Positions 30,356 to 40,692 of a stretch of DNA of 64,000 bases are shown piece after piece. The notes beneath the pieces are model-generated. The model was not told the origin of the DNA and did no database searches. It worked only from the letters and a program-made list of their open reading frames with translations. This stretch comes from Candidatus Poribacteria bacterium. GTDB taxonomy: Bacteria; Poribacteria; WGA-4E; WGA-3G. The position numbers and the translations under genes were made by a program. The stretch covers positions 1,792,001-1,856,000 of the forward strand of contig OZ251518.1 in NCBI GenBank assembly GCA_965242965.1, written 5' to 3'. Position 1 is the stretch's first letter. Each line of letters starts with the position of its first letter.

Positions 30356-31966
30356 CTACTTCCGAATCACCATCTTGCGCGTTGCGGAGAAATCACCCGC
30401 GGTCAACGTATAGAAATACACGCCGCTTGCAACGGGTTCTCCTTGTGCATTGCGGCCGTTCCAATAGGCGGCGCGAGAACGGTTTTGATAGATGCCCGCC
30501 GGGACCTGACCGAGTTTCAGCTCGCGGACGAGTTTTCCGTCTGCCGAATAGATGGAGACCTGGACTTCGGCTGCTTCTGCCAACTGATACGGTATCCATG
30601 TCTCCGGGTTAAACGGGTTTGGATAATTCGCAAGCAGGACAGTCTCTTTCGGGACCGGGAGGTCTCTCCTATTGAGTGCAGTCAGCAGCCGTTCCAGCGC
30701 GGCGATGCTGGCCGGGTCTGCGTTTGCTTCCTTCGCATCGCGAATCCACCGCTGCACATCCGCTGCCTGTAGATCCCCGGTCTCAATGACTTCGCCTTGT
30801 AGGAGAGACCTCCCGGTCTCGATTGCAGGCGCGGCCGCCGCATCCACCGCTTCTATCACGGCGAGGATGTCATCAACATCAACCTTCCCATCGCCGTTGA
30901 CATCCGCCTTGCGGTTTGCACCGGCACCGACAGTTTTGCCGTAGTTCCTTGCCACCTCTACGAGGTCATTGACGTTGACTTTACCATTCCCTGTCACATC
31001 CACCGTGAGCAACCGATGCAAAAGGATGGTTCAACTACCTCTACCGGGATTACTGGCGAGAATCTGCCCATTCGGCGAAAATGCTACGGGGCGGTTTCCC
31101 GTGAGCGCGGCTTTGAGGGCACCGGTGCTCGGATTCCAAAGGCGGGTGGTGCCGCTCCCAGTCCCACTCGCCAGGGTCTGCCCGTTCGGGTGGAACACTA
31201 ACGAAACAACATTGCCTGTATGTCCCCGCAGCACGCGCAGGGTGACGTGCGTATCCGGATCCCAGAGACGGGCGGTGTCGTCGTAACTCCCACTCGCCAG
31301 GATGCGACCATCCGGACTCCACGCCACGCGGACGGCTGCCTCCGTATGCCCCCGCAGCACGGCGAAGTTGATGCCGTTGTTCGGATTCCACAACCGCACT
31401 GTACCATCATGACTCCCACTCGCCAGCGTCCTACCATCCGGACTCCACGCAACCGAGGAGACCCAAGACGTATGCCCCCGCAGCGTGCGCACATGCCGCA
31501 GGTTGTTTCTGTCACCCACATCCCAGATGCGGATGGTATTGTCAGCACTCGCACTCGCCAGCAGATAACTGTTCGGCTTGAAGGCGAGTCTCCCGACTCT
31601 CTCTGTATGCCCCACCACTTTGCCGCGCCAGTCGCCATCCTCGCTATAGCGCATCCGAATGTCAGTATTCCCAGGCCCACCATAGGCGATGAAGTGGGGG
31701 TCATGCGAAGGGAGCGCAACGGCCCAGACATTATCGCCGACATCCTGCTCCCAGCGTTGTGTGCCGGTGGTGACATCCCAGGCGCGGAGGGTGTTGTCAA
31801 TACTCCCACTGATAAGCGTCCCGTTACCCTTGAAGGCTATCCCAGTGACAGAACTCGTGTGTCCAGTCAGGGTGTCGGTGTGGACGTATTGTTGTGCGGT
31901 GGCGGTCGTCACTGCCATCGCGGCTATTAACGCTAGCGTTAAGGTTAAAAGCGTTAATGTTTTCAT
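30356..31966 (-). pseudogene. Secreted WD40 + dockerin + FlgD-like CTD gene interrupted by an in-frame TGA at 31031-31033 (pseudogene or read-through)
   Basis: Signal peptide from ATG 31966; about 7 WD40 repeats; ...LASNPGRGS*TILLHRLLTVDVTGNG... continues in the same frame. Confidence 0.75.
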
Positions 31967-32063
31967 TTCGGTTTCTCCTATTCGTAAACGTTCGCGGGGG
32001 ACAGGTTTCCCCCGCGTTACGTTGGTTGTGGGCAGGCTCGTGTGCCTGCCCGGGTATTCCGTT

Positions 32064-32243
32064 GTCTGAATCAGGATTTTCAAGATTCAAGGATTTCCAG
32101 GATGAGGGTTGTTTGTCATCGCAAATCCCTCTGGCGCGTTAGGAATGATCTCCAGATCGCAATTTCTACGAGGGTCTGCCTTGGCTAAGCGATGCGCTCC
32201 TAATCCTGTGAATCCTAGAATCTTGCAAATCCTGATTCAGACA
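32064..32243. repeat. Inverted pair of 9-nt-periodic (AATCCTG) repeats
   Basis: GTCTGAATCAGGATTT...AAATCCTGATTCAGAC. Confidence 0.75.
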
Positions 32244-32350
32244 GCTAATTGCAATGCGTTTCCAGACAACGTGTCTGGGGTTGCGGCGGGAGGTTGCGGT
32301 TGCCTTTCTGCGATGTAGTGCCTCCCGCAAGTATGGAACGTTCCCAAAAC

Positions 32351-33418
32351 CTACCGGTCGCTGCCCCCGACTTCTGCTGAAAGCAATGGCTGAATTGTTT
32401 TCAGTAATTCTTCAATGAGGCGTTTCAGGGCAACCCGGTCTTGTTCCGCTGCCAATTTCAAGGCTGTCTCCCAATCTGCCTTCGCTTCTTCAGCAAGATC
32501 GCGATCTACCTTCGTCATCCCACGGTTAATATAGGCCCTCGCGTAAGCCGGCCTCAACCGGAGAGCCTCATCAAAATCAGCCATCGCGGGCTCATATTGA
32601 TGCAGCATATTCAGCGCAAACCCACGACTATTGTAGGCTGCAGCGTTGGTTGAATCTCGTGCGATCGCTTGATTGAAGTCCTCAATAGCCCACTGATACT
32701 GGCCCAGCACAATCTTCGCAGAGCCGCGTTTATAGTAGACTTCGGCATTATCGGGGTTTGCCGCGAGGATCTGATTGCATTCCGTGATAGCAGTCACAGC
32801 TTCATCACATTGCTTCGCGGCCTCTGCGGCATTCTCTTCATTAAAAGGGCTGCGATTTGCCTCCGGCTCGGGTGCACTCCGTGACAAAAAGGGATCCGAT
32901 CCTATTTGATGGATGTTCCCCTTAGTTTTCTTTGCTTCCTCGGCTTCCCGGACAGCTCGCTGGGCGGCTTCTTGTGCAGCCTTTGCGGCTTCCTCTGCCG
33001 TTTCCGCATCTTCCTCGATATCCGCTGTTTCTTGGGCAGCTCGCTGGGCAGCTTCTTGGGCAGCCTTTGCGGCTCTGTCAATATCCGCTGTGGATTTTTC
33101 CGCTTGGGATTTAAGTTTCTGAAATTCCTTAAATCCAAGGGCGGCGAGAACAGGAACAGCAAGCGCGAAGACAGTAAAGATAAGCCCGATTACCATCAAC
33201 CATCTATCAACAGACTTATCCCGCCACTCCACGTCTGATTTTAGTTCCTCAAATCGCTTTTCCGATTTCTCCTCCAACTCGCGTCTGATTTCATCAACGC
33301 GGCGTTGGAGTTCAACCTCATCGGTGTGCGCGGATACTACCGAAAGAGGTGTAGGAACCAGCCCGGCTAACCCCAGTAGTATCATCAACATCACGCCAAG
33401 TCTCATTGAGATACGCAT
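32351..33418 (-). CDS. TPR protein with signal peptide, TM helix and coiled coil
   Basis: AYNSRG and AYINRG TPR motifs; GGAGG RBS. Confidence 0.9.
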   Translation of the reverse strand: MRISMRLGVMLMILLGLAGLVPTPLSVVSAHTDEVELQRRVDEIRRELEEKSEKRFEELKSDVEWRDKSVDRWLMVIGLIFTVFALAVPVLAALGFKEFQKLKSQAEKSTADIDRAAKAAQEAAQRAAQETADIEEDAETAEEAAKAAQEAAQRAVREAEEAKKTKGNIHQIGSDPFLSRSAPEPEANRSPFNEENAAEAAKQCDEAVTAITECNQILAANPDNAEVYYKRGSAKIVLGQYQWAIEDFNQAIARDSTNAAAYNSRGFALNMLHQYEPAMADFDEALRLRPAYARAYINRGMTKVDRDLAEEAKADWETALKLAAEQDRVALKRLIEELLKTIQPLLSAEVGGSDR

Positions 33419-33424
33419 GGTAAT

Positions 33425-33965
33425 CCCTCCCTAAGGGAAATGAAAACCGTTTGACTTGCCACAAGTGCTCCGAGTGCATTCGGTTTGCCGCATTCCTCCC
33501 AAAAAGCACTGCGCCGGTATCTTGTGCGGCAAAAAGCCGCGCGCAATGTCCTTAGAGCAAACTGGGGAAATAACAACGGAAACCGGTGTAACCGGAAATG
33601 TGGCAGGGAAATGCATCGGGCCAGTCCCAATGCAACGAAAATAACCCGCCACGCAAAGAATGCGTGCGGGGTCAATGACAAAGTGACGACGAAAGTCGCC
33701 GCTGTCAAGCGAATAAACTTTGCTTAACGCCTGTGGGTGTAGGGGGGGGTCGAGCCTCCCCTCTGGGCATTAAGCCGAACGGGAACGCGGCGTGACGGCG
33801 CGACAACGGGCATAGACGCACGGCAAGCGTGCATCTCTCGGTGCCCGGGCAGGTCTACGGTGACCTTTTTCGCAATGGAATAATCAATTCGCTGGTTCAC
33901 GGTATTGTTCCTCTGTTCGGTTTTGATTTCGTGGTGGCGCGTTTTTTCGCGCGCATCACCACGTT
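33425..33965 (-). ncRNA. Candidate structured leader or ncRNA (strand inferred)
   Basis: About 9 consecutive hairpins downstream of three promoters. Confidence 0.4.
33724..33900 (-). CDS. Candidate 58-aa leader peptide (VNQRIDYS...RGGSTPPYTHRR)
   Basis: GAGGA RBS then GTG, shortly downstream of the proximal promoter. Confidence 0.35.
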   Translation of the reverse strand: MNQRIDYSIAKKVTVDLPGHREMHACRASMPVVAPSRRVPVRLNAQRGGSTPPYTHRR

Positions 33966-33972
33966 TGCAATT

Positions 33973-34150
33973 ATTATACACGAAAAATGCAATAAATGTC
34001 AAACATTTTTTTTTGCGAAAAATCGTGGAAATGTTCACAATTAACCACATTCTATAGGAATTTCGGTTTTTTGTCAACATTTTTCTGCGAAAAATCGTGA
34101 AAAATGTTTAAAACTGAGTTTATTTTAGCAAATTTTGTGTTTTTTGTCAA
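33973..34150 (-). promoter_or_regulatory. Three tandem sigma70 promoters
   Basis: TTGACA-18-TATAAT (34002-33973), TTGACA-17-TAGAAT (34077-34049), TTGACA-17-TAAAAT (34150-34122). Confidence 0.8.
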
Positions 34151-34179
34151 GGTTATTTCGGAAAAAAAACGCTGCTGCT

Positions 34180-34452
34180 ACCGTAGCGCGGGGGCCTGTC
34201 CCCCGCGATCTATCGACCTAAACGAAAACCGTCCGTACCCCAAAGGCCCCGGACGGTTTCTGTTAAGACCTAGGCATGGCGAGGGACAGGCCCTCGCCCT
34301 ACGGTGAAGGCGGCGCGCTATAGACATTAAGGTCCTACGGACCTAAAGAGACTTGCGGCGCGATACCCTCCTAATCCTGAAAATCTTGATAATCTTGAAA
34401 ATCCTGCTCATCTCTTGCTAATCGTGATAATCTTGTAAATCCTGCTTCAGAA
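34180..34452. repeat. REP mosaic plus 9-nt periodic repeats
   Basis: GTAG palindromes; AATCCTGAA/AATCTTGAT/AATCTTGAA/AATCCTGCT. Confidence 0.85.
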
Positions 34453-34598
34453 TTCCAGCGAAAAAGATCTTTTTTAAAGTTTTTACTATAAAAAACTTGC
34501 AATTTGCATAAAAATGTGGTATACTATATAATAAACTAATGCAAAGATGCCTATTTAAGGACAGAATACTCCCTGTAGACGAGGTCATACCAAGAAAA

Positions 34599-35606
34599 AT
34601 GAACGAGCAGCTGCGCGACCGTTTCGGACGCATCCATACAAATCTCAGAATCTCCGTCACCGATGTCTGCAACTTCCGGTGCATCTATTGCATGCCTGAA
34701 GACATGGCATTCCTGCCAGACGCGGCACTGATGACGTTTGACGAGCTCCTGCATCTCACCCGCCTTTTCGTCGGGCTCGGGGTGAACAAAGTCCGTATCA
34801 CCGGCGGCGAACCGCTCGTCCGAGATGGCGTGCCAGAATTCATCGCGCAGCTAACAGAAATCGACGGGTTGAAAGACATCAGTTTGACAACCAACGGCAT
34901 CGGGCTCATTAAGCAGGCGCAGGCACTCTACGATGCGGGGCTTCGCCGCATTAATGTGAGCCTGGATACGCTCAACGAAGAAAAATTTGAGCAGATGACG
35001 CGCCGGAAGGTCCTGTCGCGTGTCATCGCCGGACTCAAAGCCGCGCATCAGTGCGGGTTCAACCCGATTAAAGTTAACGCTGTCGCCATGCGCGGGTTCA
35101 CTGACGACGAAATCGTCGATTTGGCCACCTTCGCGCGCGATAACGGTTACCAACTCCGGTTCATCGAATTCATGCCCCTCGATGCCGATGACATCTGGGG
35201 TAGGAATATGTTCATCCCGGGAAAAGAGATTATTGACAAAATCAACGCCATCTACCCGCTGGAGCCAGTCGTGCTAAACGGCGATGCGCGCAGCGATGCC
35301 AAAAGTGACACGGCAACACGCTATCGCTTCACAGACAACGGCACCGAAGTCGGCGTTATCCCCTCGGTCAGCGAACCGTTCTGCGAAAATTGCAACCGCG
35401 TGCGCCTCACCGCCGATGGTAAGTTCCGTACATGCCTATTTTCGCTCACCGAGACAGATCTGCTTACGCCATTACGTGATGGGGCATCGGACGAGACGAT
35501 TGCGCAGCTGATTCACGAGGCTGTGAAACAAAAAGAGGCGGGACATAAAATTAACGCCGCCGATTTCATCAAACCGGAACGAAACATGTCCCGAATCGGC
35601 GGTTAA
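34599..35606 (+). CDS. moaA: GTP 3',8-cyclase
   Basis: CNFRCIYC, TGGEP, FCENCNRVR, C-terminal MSRIGG. Confidence 0.97.
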   Translation: MNEQLRDRFGRIHTNLRISVTDVCNFRCIYCMPEDMAFLPDAALMTFDELLHLTRLFVGLGVNKVRITGGEPLVRDGVPEFIAQLTEIDGLKDISLTTNGIGLIKQAQALYDAGLRRINVSLDTLNEEKFEQMTRRKVLSRVIAGLKAAHQCGFNPIKVNAVAMRGFTDDEIVDLATFARDNGYQLRFIEFMPLDADDIWGRNMFIPGKEIIDKINAIYPLEPVVLNGDARSDAKSDTATRYRFTDNGTEVGVIPSVSEPFCENCNRVRLTADGKFRTCLFSLTETDLLTPLRDGASDETIAQLIHEAVKQKEAGHKINAADFIKPERNMSRIGG

Positions 35607-35608
35607 TG

Positions 35609-36051
35609 GAGGGTGTTTCATATCTCGATGGTTTCCCGGTAGGAGAGACCTCGGGGTCTCGATGTTCCCGTAGCGCGGGGGCCTGTCCCCCGCGAGCTCC
35701 AACGTCATGATGTGTGTTTCCCCTGCTGTAGTTTGTGATCGCCTGATCACAAACGGGTCAAGATCAGGCGATCTTGACTTACAGGGCCTCGCGCGCGAAC
35801 GATGGCGAGGGACAGGCCCTCGCCCTACGGTGAGGGGGTGGCGTTTTTTATCGTAGCGCGGGGGCCTGTCCCCCGCGAGCTTTGGAGTGCGCGTGCACGA
35901 GCGATGGCGAGGGACAGGCCCTCGCCCTACGATGAAGAGGGGCTTTCTGCCGCAGCTGCCCTATTGCATCGAGACCGGGAGGTCTCTCCTACGGGAACAT
36001 CGCTTGCATTGAGAGCGGGAGGGCGCGCCAACGGAGTTATGAAACACCCTC
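35609..36051. mobile_element. MITE-like element with GAGGGTGTTTCATA terminal inverted repeats carrying REPs (443 bp)
   Basis: TIRs at both ends; no clear target-site duplication. Confidence 0.65.
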
Positions 36052-36104
36052 ACGTTAAATAAGAACGTGGACATACGAAAAAAAATAGGAGAACAACACA
36101 AAGC

Positions 36105-36893
36105 ATGAGCAATGCCCTGGTGATTAAAGATTTACACATCAATGTCCAAGGGAAACCGATTATCAAAGGGCTGAACCTCAACGTCAACCAAGGCGAGATC
36201 CACGCCTTGATGGGCCCGAACGGTTCAGGCAAAAGCACCCTCGCCAACGGGCTGATGGGGCACCCACTTTACGATATTGATGCCGGTGAAGTGATTTTTA
36301 ACGGTGTCAATGTGTTGGAATTAGAACCGAACGAACGCGCGAAACTCGGACTCTTCCTCGCGTTCCAATACCCGACAGCGATTCCGGGGGTCAGTCTGGC
36401 GAATTTCCTGCGGCTCGCCGTGAGTGCTGTCCGTTCCGAAAGCACAAACGGTTCTGAGAGTGCGGAGCTCATCCCGATGCGGGAATTCCGCCGAGAACTG
36501 CGTGAAAAAATGAAGCAGCTCGGTGTTGACGATTCCTTCGCCACGCGCTACCTCAACGACGGCTTCTCCGGCGGCGAGAAAAAACGCGCCGAGATCTTGC
36601 AACTGGCGATGTTAGAACCGAAGATTGCGATTCTTGACGAAACAGACTCCGGGTTGGATATCGACGCGGTCAGAATTGTCGGCGAGAGTGTCAACCGGCT
36701 AATCGGACCTGAGTTAGGCGTGTTGATTATCACCCACTACCCACGGCTGCTGGACTACATTCGCCCGCAGTTCGTGCATATCCTGCTTGACGGCAGAATA
36801 GTTGAATCCGGCGGATGGGAGCTCACGCAGGCGTTAGAGGCAGAAGGCTATGACCCGGTCCGCGAGAAACACGGCATCGCCGAGGCGGAGTGA
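36105..36893 (+). CDS. sufC: Fe-S assembly ATPase SufC
   Basis: GPNGSGKS, FSGGEKKR, DETDSGLDID. Confidence 0.97.
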   Translation: MSNALVIKDLHINVQGKPIIKGLNLNVNQGEIHALMGPNGSGKSTLANGLMGHPLYDIDAGEVIFNGVNVLELEPNERAKLGLFLAFQYPTAIPGVSLANFLRLAVSAVRSESTNGSESAELIPMREFRRELREKMKQLGVDDSFATRYLNDGFSGGEKKRAEILQLAMLEPKIAILDETDSGLDIDAVRIVGESVNRLIGPELGVLIITHYPRLLDYIRPQFVHILLDGRIVESGGWELTQALEAEGYDPVREKHGIAEAE

Positions 36894-37069
36894 ATGGGTG
36901 TGGGAACGATCGCGGGGGACAGGCCCCCGCGCTACGGTATCTATAAATGTTCCTTCAACCATAGATCGCGGGGGACAGGCCCCCGCGCTACGGTACCTAT
37001 AGACGTTCCTTCAATCGTAGGGCGAGGGCCTGTCCCTCGCCGATATTCTGGAAATAAGGAGAAGAAAAA

Positions 37070-38488
37070 ATGGCAACATCACAGCCGAACACCGTTGATC
37101 AGCTCGGTATCAACACCGAGTATCAATACGGCTTCCACGACGATATCAAGCCTACGTTCAAAGCGCGGAAAGGCTTGGACGAGGAAGTCATCAATCAGAT
37201 GTGCGACATCAAGGAAGAACCCGATTGGATGCGCCAGTATCGGCTCAACGCTTATCAAATTTTCAAGCAGAAGCCGATGACGAAGTGGGGAGGAGATCTT
37301 TCCCAGCTCGACTTTGACGACATCTACTACTACGTCAAAGCTTCCGACCGGAGTGAGAGAAGCTGGGACGACGTGCCGGAGGACATCAAGCGGACGTTCG
37401 ACCGGCTCGGTATTCCGCAGGCGGAACGAAAGTTCCTCGCCGGTGTCGGCGCGCAATACGATTCCGAAGTCGTCTACCACAGCATGGTCGAGGAATTGGA
37501 GAAGATCGGGGTGATTTTCCTCGATACCGATACCGCTGTCAAGGAGCATCCGGATTTGGTGAAGAAGTATTTCGGCACCATCATCCCCTCGGCGGATAAC
37601 CAATTCGCTGCGTTGAATAGTGCGGCGTGGAGCGGCGGGAGTTTCGTCTATGTGCCGCCGGGTGTGAAAGTCGAATACCCGTTGCAGGCATACTTCCGCA
37701 TCAACAGCGAGAACATGGGGCAGTTTGAACGCACCCTCATTATCGCCGATGAAGGTTCGCAGGTGCATTACGTTGAAGGTTGCACCGCGCCGACATATAG
37801 CAGCGAATCCTTGCACAGCGCGGTCGTTGAGATTGTCTGCATGAAGGGCTCGCGGGTGCGCTATACCACCATCCAGAATTGGGCGAACAACGTCTATAAT
37901 CTCGTCACGAAACGCGCGCTCGCCTATGAAGACGCGCAGATGGAGTGGGTGGATGGCAATCTCGGCAGTAAACTGACGATGAAGTATCCGAGCGTCTATA
38001 TGATGGAGCCGGGTGCGCGCGGCGAGATTCTCTCGATTGCCTTCGCCACTCAAGGGCAACACCAAGACGCTGGTGCCAAGGTCTACCATTGCGCACCGCA
38101 TACCACCTCGCAGATTACGTCAAAGTCCATCAGCAAAGATGGCGGACGTTCCAGTTATCGCGGGTGGGTAGACGTTGCGAAAGGCGCGAAGGGATGCAAA
38201 TCGCACGTCGTGTGTGACGCGCTCCTCCTCGACAAAGACTCGCGTTCCGATACGTATCCTGTCATCGAAATCGGCGAGAACGACACGAACATCGAGCACG
38301 AGGCGCGCGTCAGCAAAATCGGTGAGGAGCAGCTCTTCTACCTCATGAGCCGCGGGCTTTCAGAGGAAGAAGCATCGACGATGATTGTCAACGGCTTCAT
38401 TGAGCCGCTTGTCAAAGAGCTCCCGATGGAATACGCCGTTGAGATGAACCGCCTCATCCAACTTCAGATGGAAGGCTCCGTGGGCTAG
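37070..38488 (+). CDS. sufB: Fe-S assembly scaffold SufB
   Basis: [30 protein letters not shown]. Confidence 0.97.
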   Translation: MATSQPNTVDQLGINTEYQYGFHDDIKPTFKARKGLDEEVINQMCDIKEEPDWMRQYRLNAYQIFKQKPMTKWGGDLSQLDFDDIYYYVKASDRSERSWDDVPEDIKRTFDRLGIPQAERKFLAGVGAQYDSEVVYHSMVEELEKIGVIFLDTDTAVKEHPDLVKKYFGTIIPSADNQFAALNSAAWSGGSFVYVPPGVKVEYPLQAYFRINSENMGQFERTLIIADEGSQVHYVEGCTAPTYSSESLHSAVVEIVCMKGSRVRYTTIQNWANNVYNLVTKRALAYEDAQMEWVDGNLGSKLTMKYPSVYMMEPGARGEILSIAFATQGQHQDAGAKVYHCAPHTTSQITSKSISKDGGRSSYRGWVDVAKGAKGCKSHVVCDALLLDKDSRSDTYPVIEIGENDTNIEHEARVSKIGEEQLFYLMSRGLSEEEASTMIVNGFIEPLVKELPMEYAVEMNRLIQLQMEGSVG

Positions 38489-38497
38489 GAAGGTGTC

Positions 38498-39850
38498 ATG
38501 CAAACAGGAGAATTTTCAAAAGCGTTTGTCCAGAAATTAGCGGCAGATGAACCGCGCTGGATGCGCGATAAAAGATTGGAGGCGTATGCGCGCTACGAGT
38601 CGCTGCTCATGCCGCACACCGCCGAAGATGATGTGTGGCGGCGCACGGTGGATATGCGCACGCAAGATTATTGGCGACGCACCCGGCGTTCCCTCCGCGG
38701 GTTCGCCGTTGATAACTATCATCCGAGTGTCCCATCGGTAAGCGCGCGCTCCGACAGCGTGCATGAGGATGACGAAATCGCCGCTCTACTCGCGCAAGTA
38801 GATGGACAAACGCAACAGCATACATTATCGGCAGCCTTGGCCGAAAAAGGTGTCTACTTCGCAGACATCGGCACGGCGTTGAAGGAACGCGAGGAACTGC
38901 TCCGCGCTTACTTCATGAACAAGGCTGTCACGCTTGAAACGGAGTTAAAAAGCGGCAATATCGCGCAGCACAACAAATTTGACGCACTCCACGGCGCGTT
39001 TTGGCACGGCGGATACGTGCTGCACGTGCCGAAAGGCGTGCACGTTGAAATTCCGCTGCGTGTGAGCATCGCACTGTCGGAAGCGAACCGGGCAGATTTA
39101 TCCCACGCGCTCATCATCGCTGAAGCCAGCAGTCAGGTAGTCATCTTGGAGGAGAACCTTTCTCTCGATGCAACAGCGAGTGGGATGCACAGCGGCGCGG
39201 TAGAAATTTTCGCCGGTCAGAACGCCTCTGTAACCTACGTGCAGGTGCAACGGTGGAATCATCACGTCTGGAATTTCGCCTCGCACCGCGCCATCGTTGA
39301 ACGCGATGCGCAGCTTTGCTGGGTCACGGCGACATTCGGCGGACGTTTAAACAAACTGAACCAGGTTTCTGTGCTGGACGGACCCGGCTGTGACGTGAAG
39401 ATGCTCGGGCTCTCTTTCACGGACGGCAGGCAACATTTGGATGTCAGCACGGCGCAAGAGCATGCCTCACCGCATACATCCAGCGATCTGCTCTACCGAA
39501 CCGTTCTGAAAGACCGGGCGCAAAGTGCTTGGGGCGGCAACATTTACGTCTATCCAGAGGCGAATTACACGGATGCGTATCAGAAGAACGACAATCTCGT
39601 TCTCAGCGAACGCGCGCATGCGGATACGTTGCCGGGGTTAGAAATTCAGGCACACGAGGTGCGTTGCACACACGGCGCAACTGCCGGAAAAATCGATCCG
39701 GAACAGATTTTCTACCTGATGAGCCGCGGCATGTCTTACGCACAAGCGGAACGGCTAATCGTTGAGGGGTTCTTTGAACCGGTGCTTGAACGAATTCCGC
39801 TGGAATCGGTGCGAGAAGAATTGAGCGAGTCAATTACGAGGAAACTATAA
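38498..39850 (+). CDS. sufD: Fe-S assembly protein SufD
   Basis: PGLEI..HEVRCTHGAT, FYLMSRG. Confidence 0.95.
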   Translation: MQTGEFSKAFVQKLAADEPRWMRDKRLEAYARYESLLMPHTAEDDVWRRTVDMRTQDYWRRTRRSLRGFAVDNYHPSVPSVSARSDSVHEDDEIAALLAQVDGQTQQHTLSAALAEKGVYFADIGTALKEREELLRAYFMNKAVTLETELKSGNIAQHNKFDALHGAFWHGGYVLHVPKGVHVEIPLRVSIALSEANRADLSHALIIAEASSQVVILEENLSLDATASGMHSGAVEIFAGQNASVTYVQVQRWNHHVWNFASHRAIVERDAQLCWVTATFGGRLNKLNQVSVLDGPGCDVKMLGLSFTDGRQHLDVSTAQEHASPHTSSDLLYRTVLKDRAQSAWGGNIYVYPEANYTDAYQKNDNLVLSERAHADTLPGLEIQAHEVRCTHGATAGKIDPEQIFYLMSRGMSYAQAERLIVEGFFEPVLERIPLESVREELSESITRKL

Positions 39851-39964
39851 ACAGGTGGGTTTTCCTAACGGAATTCCTATAACTAACATTTCGGAACGAG
39901 ATTGCCTCGTCCCGTAGGATACCCAGCCGGAAGGTTTGGGTGTTGCAATACTGGAGGTTTTCCA

Positions 39965-40312
39965 ATGAGCCAACCGACAATTATCGCCTATATGAAACCG
40001 GTCTGCGGCTGGAGCAATGGGGTCCGCGCCATCTTCGCCAAATACGGACTGGACTATGATGATAGGGACATTATCAACGACGCGGACAACTACCGTGAGA
40101 TGGTCCAGAAGACCCGGCAGCCGTATCAGCCGTGTGTTCAAATTGACGATGTCATGCTCGCCGATGTGAGCGGTGACGAAGTGGAAGCATACCTCGTGGA
40201 TTCGGGGATTGTCGCCGTCAGCGATACAGCGACAGATGTTCCCACCGACCAGGCTTGCGAGGACCACGGTCCCGCTGCTGCCGCTGTCAACATCGGTTTT
40301 GCGGGACGATAG
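39965..40312 (+). CDS. Monothiol glutaredoxin-like protein
   Basis: GGAGG RBS; KPVCGWS active-site-like motif; QPYQPCV. Confidence 0.85.
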   Translation: MSQPTIIAYMKPVCGWSNGVRAIFAKYGLDYDDRDIINDADNYREMVQKTRQPYQPCVQIDDVMLADVSGDEVEAYLVDSGIVAVSDTATDVPTDQACEDHGPAAAAVNIGFAGR

Positions 40313-40340
40313 CGCGATGGCCGGTAACGCGCGCTTCCTA

Positions 40341-40648
40341 GTAGGAGAGACCTCCTGGTCTCGATGCATCTTCCGGTAGGAGGGACCTCCTGGTCCCGAT
40401 GCACTTTCTGGTCTCGATGCGTATTGTATCGGGACAGGGATGTCCCTCCTACGGTTCTCGATGCGCATCGTATCGGGACAGGGATGTCCCTCCTACGGCA
40501 GTTGTTTTCGGGACAGGGATGTCCCTCCTACTCTCGATGCATCCCGTAGGAGAGACCTCCTGGTCTCGATGTGTATTGTATCGGGACAGGGATGTCCCTC
40601 CTACGGTTCTCGATGCGTGTTGTATCGGGACAGGGATGTCCCTCCTAC
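40341..40648. repeat. REP cluster (ATCGGGACAGGGATGTCCCTCCTAC-type x5; GTAGGAGAGACCTCCTGGTCTCGAT)
   Basis: Direct and inverted copies. Confidence 0.9.
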
Positions 40649-40692
40649 TTTTCATCAAAGCGCGTCTACCGGATTCGCTTAAGGAATAAAAA

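Noticed and set aside
33425-33965. tmRNA, RNase P, SRP or 6S RNA identity for the structured region
   Set aside because: Diagnostic conserved sequences (e.g. RNase P GAGGAAAGUCC, tRNA-like tmRNA ends) were not found.
34520-34598. Moco riboswitch upstream of moaA
   Set aside because: The leader is short and I could not see the motif's conserved elements.
40341-40648. Possible CRISPR array
   Set aside because: Irregular, partly repeated spacers, mixed orientation, the repeat is dispersed through the window, and no cas genes; it is a REP cluster.
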